Positions 40,748 to 50,353 of a stretch of 54,540 nt of DNA are shown one piece after another. The notes under the pieces are model-generated. The model was not told the DNA's origin. It worked only from the letters and a program-made list of their open reading frames with translations, and ran no database searches. This DNA is from an uncultured Parabacteroides sp. Lineage in GTDB: Bacteria > Bacteroidota > Bacteroidia > Bacteroidales > Tannerellaceae. Each line of letters opens with the position of its first letter. Position 1 is the first letter of the stretch. Location: NCBI GenBank assembly GCA_900547435.1, contig URGO01000001.1, forward strand, positions 1 to 54,540, given 5' to 3'. The translations under genes and the position numbers were made by a program.

Positions 40748-43582
40748 TTATCCTAACACGATGTTGACGATCTTCTTCGGTACAACGATGACCTTCCGGA
40801 TTTGTTTTCCTTCGAGCCATTTCGCCGAATATTCGTGGGCAAGTGCCGTCTTTTCGACCTCTTCCTTCGGCATATCGGCCGGAAGGGTGAGGTTGAAGCG
40901 TACCTTTCCGTTGAAAGAGATGGCGTAGTTGGCCGTATTCTCTATCAAGTATTGCTCATCGTAGGCAGGCCATTGAGCGTCGCATACGGTCGTGTTGTGT
41001 CCCAATTCATGCCAAAGCTCTTCGGCGATGTGTGGCGCGAAAGGTGCGAGGACGATCACCAGTGGTTCGAGAATGGCACGCTTCGTGCATTTCAATCCGC
41101 CCAGCTCATTCACGCAAATCATGAAGGCACTGATGGAGGTATTGTATGAGAAATGCTCGATATCGTAAGTTACTTTCTTGATGAGCTTGTGGAGTGACTT
41201 GAGCTCTTCCGGAGCCGGTTCGCCTTCCGTCACTTGCAACGTATTCTGATTGCCATAGAACAAGCCCCAGAGTTTCTTCAAGAAACGATGCACACCATCG
41301 ATACCATTTGTATCCCATGGTTTGGATTGCTCAATCGGGCCAAGGAACATTTCGTAGAGGCGAAGCGTATCGGCACCGTACTTTTCGACAATCACATCCG
41401 GATTCACAACGTTGAACATTGACTTCGACATCTTCTCGACCGCCCAGCCGCAGACGTACTTGCCATCTTCCAAGATAAATTCCGCATTATTGTATTCCGG
41501 ACGCCAGTTCTTGAAGGCTTCGATATCCAGAACGTCGTTCGAGACGATGTTCACATCCACGTGAAGCGGTGTTACGTCGTATTGATCTTTCAGATTATAC
41601 GATACAAATGTATTGGTATCTTTGATACGATAAACGAAGTTTGAACGCCCCTGGATCATACCCTGGTTAATGAGCTTCTGGAACGGCTCTTCCTTCACGC
41701 TTACACCGAGGTCGAAGAGGAACTTGTTCCAGAAACGGGAGTAAATCAAGTGACCCGTCGCATGTTCCGTACCACCGACGTACAAATCAACGTTCTGCCA
41801 ATATTCGTCCGCCTCTTTCGATACCAACGCCTGATCGTTGTGCGCATCCATATAACGGAGGTAATAAGCCGACGAACCCGCAAAGCCCGGCATGGTGTGC
41901 AATTCGAGCGGGAAGATGGTCTTATTATCAATCAAACTATTCTCTACCACTTCGCCTTTCTCTACGTCCCAAGCCCATTTTGTCGCATGACCCAATGGAG
42001 GTTCTCCGCTCTCGGGCGGTTTGAATTGGCTTACCTCCGGCAATTCGAGCGGGAGCTTGTTTTCATCAATCATATAAGGCATGCCATCCTTGTAATAAAC
42101 CGGGAAAGGTTCGCCCCAATAACGCTGGCGAGAGAAGATGGCATCGCGCAAACGATAGTTCACCTTCACGCGTCCCAAGTTATGTTCCTTTACATATTTC
42201 TTCGTAGTCGCGATGGCCTCTTTGATGGTCAATCCATTCAGATTTAAATCGCAATAAGGAGTCGCGCCAACTTTCGGAGAATTGCAAACGATACCTTCCT
42301 TCGCATCGAAGCTCTCTTCCGATACGTCGCATCCTTCTACCAATGGAACAATCGGGAGATTGAAATGTTTCGCGAAAGCATAGTCTCGACTATCATGTGC
42401 CGGTACCGCCATGATTGCGCCAGTGCCATAACCCGCCAATACATAATCGCTAATCCAGATAGGTACGGCATCGCCCGTAAACGGATTGATAGCATACGAA
42501 CCGCTGAATACGCCTGTTACCTTGCGGTCCGAGATACGTTCGCGCTCCGTGCGCTTCTTCGTCCGGTCCAGATAGGCTTCTACTTCGGCCTTTTGTTCAT
42601 TGGTGGTCAATTCCGGCACGAGTTCGCTTTCCGGAGCCAATACCATGAAGGTCACACCAAACATCGTATCGGCACGGGTGGTAAATATCGTAAATTCTTT
42701 ATCGCTATCTTTTACTTTGAAACGCACTTCGGCTCCTTCCGAACGACCAATCCAATTGCGTTGCGTCTCTTTCAGGGAATCTGTCCAATCTACCGTATCC
42801 AAGCCATCCAACAAGCGTTGTGCATAAGCCGATACACGCAAGCACCATTGGCGCATCTTCTTTTGTACGACCGGATAACCTCCGCGGGCCGATACGCCTT
42901 CGATAACTTCATCATTGGCCAATACTGTACCCAACTCCGGACACCAGTTTACCATCGTTTCGCCCAGATAAGCGATGCGGTAGTTCATCAATATCTCTTG
43001 TTGTTCTTTTTCGCTCTTGGCTTTCCATTCTTCAGCCGTAAAGCTCAGCTCTTCCGAGCAAGCCACATCCAAGCCTTCGGTACCCTTCTCTTCGAAGTGG
43101 GTAATCAGCTTCTCGATGGGTTGTGCCTTTCCACACGTATTGCAATAGAAGCTATTGAACATCTTCTGGAATGCCCATTGTGTCCAATGATAATACTTTG
43201 GATCGCACGTGCGTACTTCCCGATTCCAATCAAACGAAAATCCGATTTTATCCAATTGTTCGCGATACCGGTTGATGTTATTCACCGTGGTAATAGCCGG
43301 ATGTTGCCCGGTTTGGATGGCATATTGTTCGGCAGGCAATCCGTATGCATCATATCCCATCGGATGTAACACGTTGAATCCCTGCAAGCGTTTATAACGA
43401 GAATAAATATCAGAAGCAATATAACCGAGCGGATGCCCTACATGCAATCCCGCTCCCGACGGATAAGGAAACATATCCAACACATAATACTTAGGTTTCT
43501 CGTTTATCTCCACTTGATAAACTTTGTTGGCGATCCAATACTCACGCCATTTCTTCTCAATGTCTCTGAAATTATATTCCAT
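40748..43582 (-). CDS. leuS: Leucine--tRNA ligase
   Basis: MFPYPSG.GLHVGH (HIGH-type), KMSKS, editing domain; -7 box at 43618-43625. Confidence 0.98.
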   Translation of the reverse strand: MEYNFRDIEKKWREYWIANKVYQVEINEKPKYYVLDMFPYPSGAGLHVGHPLGYIASDIYSRYKRLQGFNVLHPMGYDAYGLPAEQYAIQTGQHPAITTVNNINRYREQLDKIGFSFDWNREVRTCDPKYYHWTQWAFQKMFNSFYCNTCGKAQPIEKLITHFEEKGTEGLDVACSEELSFTAEEWKAKSEKEQQEILMNYRIAYLGETMVNWCPELGTVLANDEVIEGVSARGGYPVVQKKMRQWCLRVSAYAQRLLDGLDTVDWTDSLKETQRNWIGRSEGAEVRFKVKDSDKEFTIFTTRADTMFGVTFMVLAPESELVPELTTNEQKAEVEAYLDRTKKRTERERISDRKVTGVFSGSYAINPFTGDAVPIWISDYVLAGYGTGAIMAVPAHDSRDYAFAKHFNLPIVPLVEGCDVSEESFDAKEGIVCNSPKVGATPYCDLNLNGLTIKEAIATTKKYVKEHNLGRVKVNYRLRDAIFSRQRYWGEPFPVYYKDGMPYMIDENKLPLELPEVSQFKPPESGEPPLGHATKWAWDVEKGEVVENSLIDNKTIFPLELHTMPGFAGSSAYYLRYMDAHNDQALVSKEADEYWQNVDLYVGGTEHATGHLIYSRFWNKFLFDLGVSVKEEPFQKLINQGMIQGRSNFVYRIKDTNTFVSYNLKDQYDVTPLHVDVNIVSNDVLDIEAFKNWRPEYNNAEFILEDGKYVCGWAVEKMSKSMFNVVNPDVIVEKYGADTLRLYEMFLGPIEQSKPWDTNGIDGVHRFLKKLWGLFYGNQNTLQVTEGEPAPEELKSLHKLIKKVTYDIEHFSYNTSISAFMICVNELGGLKCTKRAILEPLVIVLAPFAPHIAEELWHELGHNTTVCDAQWPAYDEQYLIENTANYAISFNGKVRFNLTLPADMPKEEVEKTALAHEYSAKWLEGKQIRKVIVVPKKIVNIVLG

Positions 43583-43740
43583 ATTTGGTTCTTTAATATA
43601 TTCATTTCTTCAGCTTGCAAAGGTAATCATTTATTTTCGGTTAAAGAAGATGGTTGGCTTTTAGAGCTTTTCTTTTAACATCAATGGCATATATCAGAAC
43701 TCCTAATCTATCTGCAAAATATATGCATCCCATTTCTCAC

Positions 43741-43828
43741 GAAATTCATGCCTATCTTTGTCGGCGTTCATGCCTACCTTTTTCTTCGTTTATGCCTACC
43801 TTCTTTTCCAAAGGTAGGCATCTTTTCC
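43741..43828. repeat. 22-bp-period ATGCCTAYC repeat array with an inverted terminal unit
   Basis: ATGCCTA at 43748, 43770, 43792; AGGTAGGCAT at 43812. Confidence 0.75.
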
Positions 43829-43892
43829 CGATGAGTTGTAAAGCTTTTCCTTATTTCTGTTTATTTCCTGATTTATAGTTTGTTATCTTTAT

Positions 43893-45524
43893 TTATTTTT
43901 GAAATATCTCCGGATAACGTTGGATAAAATAAATAGGAGTGCAGCTCCATGCATGGCAATAACTATTCATCGGGGCAAAATTATAAGGTGAGAGGAAATC
44001 ATCTTTCGGGTCGTATGCTTCCCAAAAAGTATCGGCACCTTTCTGAACCATACTGCCCCAATAATCGATTAATAATTGTCTTGCTTCTTTCTTCATGCCG
44101 CATTTAATCATGGCTTCCACCAAATAATGATAGGCATACGGTGTACCGGGATAAACCGCTTCGGGCATAGTCATTACTTGTTTCAACGCTTTTTGTCCCT
44201 CTTCAGCCGAGAGAACGCCGGAAAGTATCATCCATATTTGTGACATATATGAGATTTGTTTGTTAGGGCCACTCACAAAATAACCTTCTTTCTTATTATA
44301 AAGCCGTTCTCTTGCGGACTTTTTGATTCGCTTGGCAAGGACAGGCCATTCCTTGGCTTCTTTCTCTTTACCTAAAAGCCGGGCCAATTCATAACTCTTA
44401 TTCAAGGCAAAAACAAATAAGCCTTGCATCGGTGTATAAGTATCCAAACCTGAGCGCCAATCGAAGAAAAGCCAAAGAGGGGTGTTCTTTTGTGGATTAT
44501 AAAGATGGGTCTCGTCAAGATAGGTAGAGGCCATCTTTATTTGATTCACCACTACCGGCCAAAGGTCTAATGCCGTTTCTTTATCACCGGTGTCTTTCAA
44601 ATACTCCAATAAAGCTACATTATACAATAGACTATAATCCTGGCAGATTGTTCCATATTGAGGATGGGGATGGGGTTTCTCGAATACATTCGCGTGTAAT
44701 TGTCCATCCTCAGCGGATAATGCAGCTAATAGATATAAGCAACGCTTGGTCAGATCGAATTGCTTGAATGACTGAGCGTTTGCAATTGACTCCAGATACA
44801 AGTCTCCAATCCATAAACGTTGGTCACGTTTCGGGCCATCTTCGTACACGGTCTGCATACATTCCCGTAACGTCTCTATGCTTACACGGTTTATATCCCG
44901 GATAATAGCAGGTGTCGTTTCCGCTAATTCTATATTTATATCCGGAGCGGAAGACAATGCCGTGAAGTACATATCCGACATGGCAAATTGGAATCCGGAA
45001 GAATCACCCAATACCTCAATTTTCACATAGCGGCAAGCCAAACGCCGTTCGATTGTTATCGGTTTGTCGATATAAGGAAGTGTAATGATCTCATCTTGTA
45101 ACCAAGCTCTTCCCAAGCCTCCCGGATAAGGGTCGAAAGGCGTGTTCAACTCAACCGGCATTTCTGCAAAGGTGAACTTAATGCGCACCGGAGCGTCTTG
45201 CGCCCGTTCCAAGGTAGAAAGGGTGAACGTATAATAACCGGTCATATGTTTCCCAAAATCCAGGATGAAGGAATCCCCCCGCTTTAATGGGGTTTTGTAA
45301 AATTCCTCTAATCCGGGGATAGCCTCCATACGCCAATCTTGATAGGCATCCGGATCAGATACGGATTTAACCATACTTACGGTGCGTACTATCGTTTTTT
45401 GCAATTCCGGGGTTGCGGCCTCGGCCTTTTTCAACCAATCCTGACGCTGGGCTTGGTAAACATCAGCCCACACCAAGCCATTAATCCATAAGAACCCGGC
45501 AAGGAGAAGTGCTATTTTTTTCAT
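43893..45524 (-). CDS. Secreted alpha-L-rhamnosidase-related glycoside hydrolase (GH78-like)
   Basis: Signal peptide; LDFG, EDGPKRDQRLWIGD, TFWE, SYCHAWS. Confidence 0.82.
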   Translation of the reverse strand: MKKIALLLAGFLWINGLVWADVYQAQRQDWLKKAEAATPELQKTIVRTVSMVKSVSDPDAYQDWRMEAIPGLEEFYKTPLKRGDSFILDFGKHMTGYYTFTLSTLERAQDAPVRIKFTFAEMPVELNTPFDPYPGGLGRAWLQDEIITLPYIDKPITIERRLACRYVKIEVLGDSSGFQFAMSDMYFTALSSAPDINIELAETTPAIIRDINRVSIETLRECMQTVYEDGPKRDQRLWIGDLYLESIANAQSFKQFDLTKRCLYLLAALSAEDGQLHANVFEKPHPHPQYGTICQDYSLLYNVALLEYLKDTGDKETALDLWPVVVNQIKMASTYLDETHLYNPQKNTPLWLFFDWRSGLDTYTPMQGLFVFALNKSYELARLLGKEKEAKEWPVLAKRIKKSARERLYNKKEGYFVSGPNKQISYMSQIWMILSGVLSAEEGQKALKQVMTMPEAVYPGTPYAYHYLVEAMIKCGMKKEARQLLIDYWGSMVQKGADTFWEAYDPKDDFLSPYNFAPMNSYCHAWSCTPIYFIQRYPEIFQK

Positions 45525-45537
45525 GGGAGGATTTTTG

Positions 45538-45710
45538 TTATTAGTAGTTAGTAGCTAAGTAGTTAGTAGTTGGGAGAATTAGAAGCTCCAGTTCTACAAG
45601 CGTCATGTTAAGTGATGACCCGGAGGGAATATAGCGAACTATCTCTCCTTCTAATTTCTAACTTCCAGCTTCTAACTACTAACTACCAACTACTAACTCC
45701 CAATTACCTA
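45538..45710. repeat. Fold-back element of 7-nt units TAGTAGT / ACTACTA
   Basis: TTAGTAG tandem units on the left, CTAACTA units on the right, about 60-nt unique centre. Confidence 0.8.
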
Positions 45711-45711
45711 T

Positions 45712-46443
45712 TTACAATACTTGGACGCCTTCTTCACGATTTTGATCATCCGCTGATGGAGTAATCAACTTATATCCTTTACCGTGAATGTTAATGATTT
45801 CGATACCCGGGTCGTCTTTCAATAACTTACGTAACTTGGTGATGTAAACATCCATGCTACGGGCATTGAAATAATTATCGTCTACCCAGATAGTCTTCAA
45901 AGCGTAATTACGTTCCAGGATTTCATTGGCATGTGCACACAAAAGGCTCAGCAATTCGCACTCTTTCGTGGTCAGCTTCGTCACTTTATCACCAATGGTC
46001 AAAGTCTGTTTCTGTGTATCGAAAAAGAAATTCCCTAACTTATAGATAGGAATGTCTTTCATCTTCTTTCCTTTCACGCGGCGCAAGATAGCCTCGATAC
46101 GGAGCAATAATTCCTCCATACTGAAAGGCTTGGTCAGATAATCGTCTGCACCGATCTTAAATCCTTCCAGAATATCCTCCTTCATGGTCTTAGCCGTAAG
46201 GAAGATGATAGGAATATCCGGATTAATAGAGCGGATTTCTTGAGCCAAAGTGAAGCCGTCTTTCTTCGGCATCATCACATCCAGTACACACAGGTCGTAT
46301 TTGGTCTTCGTGAAACCTTTGTAACCTGCCTCTCCGTCAGCGAATAAGTCGGTAATATACCCTTTTGCCTGTAAGTATTCCCTTAACAGCATTCCTAAAT
46401 TCTCATCGTCTTCACAAAAGAAGATTTTAATTTTTTCTTCCAT
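45712..46443 (-). CDS. rprY: OmpR-family response regulator RprY
   Basis: CEDD, LDVMMP, FLTAK, GADDYLTKPF, winged HTH RSMDVYITKLRK. Confidence 0.85.
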   Translation of the reverse strand: MEEKIKIFFCEDDENLGMLLREYLQAKGYITDLFADGEAGYKGFTKTKYDLCVLDVMMPKKDGFTLAQEIRSINPDIPIIFLTAKTMKEDILEGFKIGADDYLTKPFSMEELLLRIEAILRRVKGKKMKDIPIYKLGNFFFDTQKQTLTIGDKVTKLTTKECELLSLLCAHANEILERNYALKTIWVDDNYFNARSMDVYITKLRKLLKDDPGIEIINIHGKGYKLITPSADDQNREEGVQVL

Positions 46444-46445
46444 AA

Positions 46446-47951
46446 CTAACTTTTTATAAGAGGTAAAGTAATAATAAATTTCGTTCCTATATTGTTTGAG
46501 TTCTGTTCTGCGCGAATCGAGCCTTTGTGGTCTTCTATAATCTTACGCACATAGGCAAGGCCCAGTCCGAACCCTTTTACATCATGTTTATTGCCCGTCG
46601 GTACCCGGAAAAAGCGGTCGAATACTTTTTTCAGGTATTCTTTCTTTATACCGATACCGTTGTCTTCTACCGAGATTTGCAATTTTCCATTTTCGTTCCA
46701 GGTTCGCACCATCAGAGCCAATGGTACTTCCGGGCGACGATATTTCACCGCATTGTCCAACAGATTGAACAATACATTGGTAATATGCATTTCATCTACA
46801 TAGATGGTAGAATCTAAAGCTCCTAAATCAATATCCAGCGTTCCGCCATACTTCTCGACTTTCAATGCGAAGGTGTTTGCTACCGAGATAACCAAATCGT
46901 TCGCATCTAATTCCTTCAATTTCAGCGTTGCCTTCTGACGTTCGAACAAAGACATCTGCAATACCTTTTCCACCAGGAATCCCAAACGTTTGGTCTCGTC
47001 ATTGATTACTCCCGAAATATGCTTGAATACGTCCGGGCTTTTGGTGATATCCGAGTCTTTTAGCATCTGAGCAGCCAACGAGATTGTAGAAACCGGAGTC
47101 TTCAATTCGTGCGTCATATTATTGATAAAGTCATTCTTCATTTCCGACAGACGCTTCTGGCGGAATACGATATAAATCGTGAAAATGAATGTCACCAGCA
47201 GGATGAATGAAAAAATCACGGATGGCGCAATGAACGTAACGGAGTCTGAGATGTAATCGCCCTTTGTCGGGAAATATACCTTCAGATAGTTCTGTTTTGA
47301 GGGCGGATCGTTCGGAAACAACACCTGCGTGATGATATCAGAAGCCAATGGTTCGCCCTCTATTTTGCCGCTCCGGTACACCTCGTTCCCGTCTTTATTT
47401 ATGACGGAAAAGACATACGGGAGGTTTAATCCGCTGTTTATAAATTCATTTTTCAGATAGCCATTTAATTTCTTGAAATCGATTCTCTCTTGAATCGGCT
47501 TCAAGTTGGCGGTATATAATATATTGTATATGACCTCGTCGATCAATCCTCCCTGGTATTGATAGCGTTGCCTCAACGTTTTTTGCAAATCCCGTGAGGT
47601 GTTGGCTATCGAGTTGGTCTGCCGGTTGCTCAATGCGGACCGAGGTTGGAACTTCTGACTGCTAAAGCTCTGCAATTCAATCTGCTGTACCCCTCCGTTC
47701 GAATCCGTAATGATTACGTTCTGGTACAGGAAGCTGTTCTGGTCCCGGTTTATATCATCTTCCAGATATTGTCGGGTCTCGTCCAGTTCCAATGTTTTTG
47801 AAACCTGATGCAGGCATTGTTTTACCGTCTCGTCAAATTGCTCGCTACGCGTTTTCAAAATGATATTCACGTAGCTGATTTGCAAATATAGAAGACCTGT
47901 AAACGCAAAAGCCATCACCACCGCAAGCAACCAAATAGTCGATTTTTTCAT
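46446..47951 (-). CDS. rprX: Sensor histidine kinase RprX
   Basis: Two TM helices, THELKTP, NLLDNAVKY, DNGIGI, GFGLGL; directly upstream of rprY. Confidence 0.82.
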   Translation of the reverse strand: MKKSTIWLLAVVMAFAFTGLLYLQISYVNIILKTRSEQFDETVKQCLHQVSKTLELDETRQYLEDDINRDQNSFLYQNVIITDSNGGVQQIELQSFSSQKFQPRSALSNRQTNSIANTSRDLQKTLRQRYQYQGGLIDEVIYNILYTANLKPIQERIDFKKLNGYLKNEFINSGLNLPYVFSVINKDGNEVYRSGKIEGEPLASDIITQVLFPNDPPSKQNYLKVYFPTKGDYISDSVTFIAPSVIFSFILLVTFIFTIYIVFRQKRLSEMKNDFINNMTHELKTPVSTISLAAQMLKDSDITKSPDVFKHISGVINDETKRLGFLVEKVLQMSLFERQKATLKLKELDANDLVISVANTFALKVEKYGGTLDIDLGALDSTIYVDEMHITNVLFNLLDNAVKYRRPEVPLALMVRTWNENGKLQISVEDNGIGIKKEYLKKVFDRFFRVPTGNKHDVKGFGLGLAYVRKIIEDHKGSIRAEQNSNNIGTKFIITLPLIKS

Positions 47952-48487
47952 CTTCTTATTTCTCCCCTATTACTAAACAACAAATAACGCGTGTTTTGCG
48001 TAAATAATCGCACAAAAAATGTAAAAACAGCGTGTTTTAATTGTTAATAATACTTGGCAACCTCACATTTTGTTTCCTTTTCTCTTTATTTTCGACAAAT
48101 GATTCAATTTTTAAGATAAACAGATCTCTGGGTAGAATTGTTCACAGATAAATGTTTTTATTTGCCTTTTTAAAAAATATAGGCAAAATATAGGCATGAT
48201 CACGACTCTTTAAAATAAAGAAAAGACACCTTTATCTGCACCGTTTTGATGTCATACCACAATGAGAAAACAAATATTTTTAACAAGATTTATTTTTGCA
48301 TTTATGAAAAAATCATGATATTTGTCAATGCGTTAAAAATAATACAAAAGTGTTTCGATTTTTATCTTGCATCAAAAATCGGTTTTTTACATAATAGATG
48401 CAATATAAAGTAACGACAGTACCCTGCACTTTTTTGTTACATCTTTTGCCGAAAGAAGGGACACGGCATAATAAAAAACATGTAAAT

Positions 48488-49786
48488 ATGAAAAAACTTT
48501 TAACCCGGTTGTTTATTATGTCCGTTTTTTGTGTTATTACTTTTACGAATGGATTTTCTCAGGAAACAGAATTAATTCAGTTGGATGAGAATATTTATCT
48601 TCATCCTGCAAAAAACGCTTTGGAACTTAGGATATCAAGGGATGATCTACTCAACCAAGATTTAGATATGTATCCTTTTTGCCTGCAACTGTCAAAATTA
48701 TTTAAGGATGATTTTGATGCATATATTTTCGTGCGCAACTTAGATGGTTCAGAAACTAATTTAGGTGGGTATGCTTCATGCATGAGTAATCAAATAAAAG
48801 GTATTGGAATGCCTATATATACGGATAATGGGTTTGCATCAAAAACTCGTTGGAGAGGATACATTATGCTTACAGGGTTGAGATTTCTTTTCCAAGGCCC
48901 ATTATTACATGAGATTTGCCATTTATATGGTGGAGCTCCGGATTTAGGACAAGTAAATGTAGATGCGGAAGGGAATGAATGTTCTACGGGTTCTCATTGG
49001 GGAATATCAGATGTACATGGATTTTTAGGAGGATTCGACATTTCCTCTTTATCTATATCTGATAATCATTACCAAGCTACTTGTTGGTTAGCTCAATTTT
49101 TCAATGACGATTTTAATGGTTTTCCCATGGAGGGAGTATCTACTTGGCACTTTCCACCCCTTGAATTATACCTAATGGGATTAGCTTCAATCGATGAGGT
49201 TCCGGATGTCCATATTTATAATGGCATATCGAATACAAACGCGAATCAGATATATAAAGATGGTACATTTTCAGCAGAAGAAGTTATCACGTACACCCAA
49301 GCTGATTTGCTGGAGAAATGGGGAGAACGAGTTCCAAACTATGCTGATTCGCCAAAAGAATTTGCTTTTTTGAATGTAATCTTAACGGATGTTCCTTTAA
49401 CGGATGAACAATGGGAGTATGTGCAAGGGGATATCAAAAAACAAGAGTTACAAGATAAAACAGGAGAAGATTTTCCTATTAATTTCTGGGAAGCCACAGG
49501 GGGCAGAGGCACCATTAAGATGAGTGACATAGACCAATCGCTATATAATAATATTACTCCAAATGAATCCATAGATGTTACGCTTCCATCTAATATGGAT
49601 ATTCAAATAAAAGATGGTACATTGAGCATTTTAACTTCAACAAAGCAAACGATACAGGTTTATAGCATAAATGGTATATGTCATTATAATGCCACAATAA
49701 ATGGGTCTGTCACAATTCCAAATTTAGCTCCTGGTATCTATATATTAAAATGCCAAGATAAAATATATAAATTGAAGATGAAATAA
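48488..49786 (+). CDS. Secreted putative zinc metallopeptidase with T9SS-type C-terminal domain
   Basis: Signal peptide from ATG 48488; LLHEICH (HExxH); LELYLMGL; C-terminus VYSING...GIYILK...KLKMK. Confidence 0.7.
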   Translation: MKKLLTRLFIMSVFCVITFTNGFSQETELIQLDENIYLHPAKNALELRISRDDLLNQDLDMYPFCLQLSKLFKDDFDAYIFVRNLDGSETNLGGYASCMSNQIKGIGMPIYTDNGFASKTRWRGYIMLTGLRFLFQGPLLHEICHLYGGAPDLGQVNVDAEGNECSTGSHWGISDVHGFLGGFDISSLSISDNHYQATCWLAQFFNDDFNGFPMEGVSTWHFPPLELYLMGLASIDEVPDVHIYNGISNTNANQIYKDGTFSAEEVITYTQADLLEKWGERVPNYADSPKEFAFLNVILTDVPLTDEQWEYVQGDIKKQELQDKTGEDFPINFWEATGGRGTIKMSDIDQSLYNNITPNESIDVTLPSNMDIQIKDGTLSILTSTKQTIQVYSINGICHYNATINGSVTIPNLAPGIYILKCQDKIYKLKMK

Positions 49787-49842
49787 TCGCAATATTTTAT
49801 ATAGCCAACGAGGCGTGTACAATTAACAATATTTTGCGTCTT

Positions 49843-49918
49843 AAGTTAACCAGTTAACAAGGCCAGTGGGTAAGCCTTGTCTACTGGTTAACTTGTCTAC
49901 TCGTCAACTGGTCTCTAC
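49843..49918. repeat. Fold-back element of 8-nt units (ACAAGTTA / CTTGTCTA type)
   Basis: AAGTTAACCAGT...ACTGGTTAACTT inverted arms plus tandem CTTGTCTA units. Confidence 0.65.
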
Positions 49919-49933
49919 AACCCCTTTTCCTTG

Positions 49934-50353
49934 TCAACTAACCGTTATCCACACCCCTTCGCCTCGCTCTTTCGCTTCTACTATTTTCTTTTTGAGCCGG
50001 TTGAGCCAAAGAGTAGAGTTGAGTACTTTATCTTCTACTAAATTTTCCCCGACCAGAATACAGCCCTCGGTGTCTTGGGCGGTATTCCCGGCATGGATGC
50101 GTATTCCCGTGAAGTAGGGAACATGGAGCAACAAGGGCAACCATTTTTTGAATTTGGGACTATAGGTGATAACCACGGGGTAACGCCCTTCCGGTATGGC
50201 GGTCTTTCCCTTTATTTTCTTTTTCCCGTCCCGTCCCCAGTGGATATTGCGCCACGTGGGTTCCAAGGTATCACAAAAGGGATGATTATCAATCGTTAGT
50301 TTCCCTAATGTGCATTCTTTATGCTTTTTTATTCGGTTCAATATCACTTCCAT
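49934..50353 (-). CDS. DUF5675-like protein
   Basis: TLGKL...CDTLE, TAIPEGRY, IRIHAGN...TEGCILVG. Confidence 0.8.
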   Translation of the reverse strand: MEVILNRIKKHKECTLGKLTIDNHPFCDTLEPTWRNIHWGRDGKKKIKGKTAIPEGRYPVVITYSPKFKKWLPLLLHVPYFTGIRIHAGNTAQDTEGCILVGENLVEDKVLNSTLWLNRLKKKIVEAKERGEGVWITVS

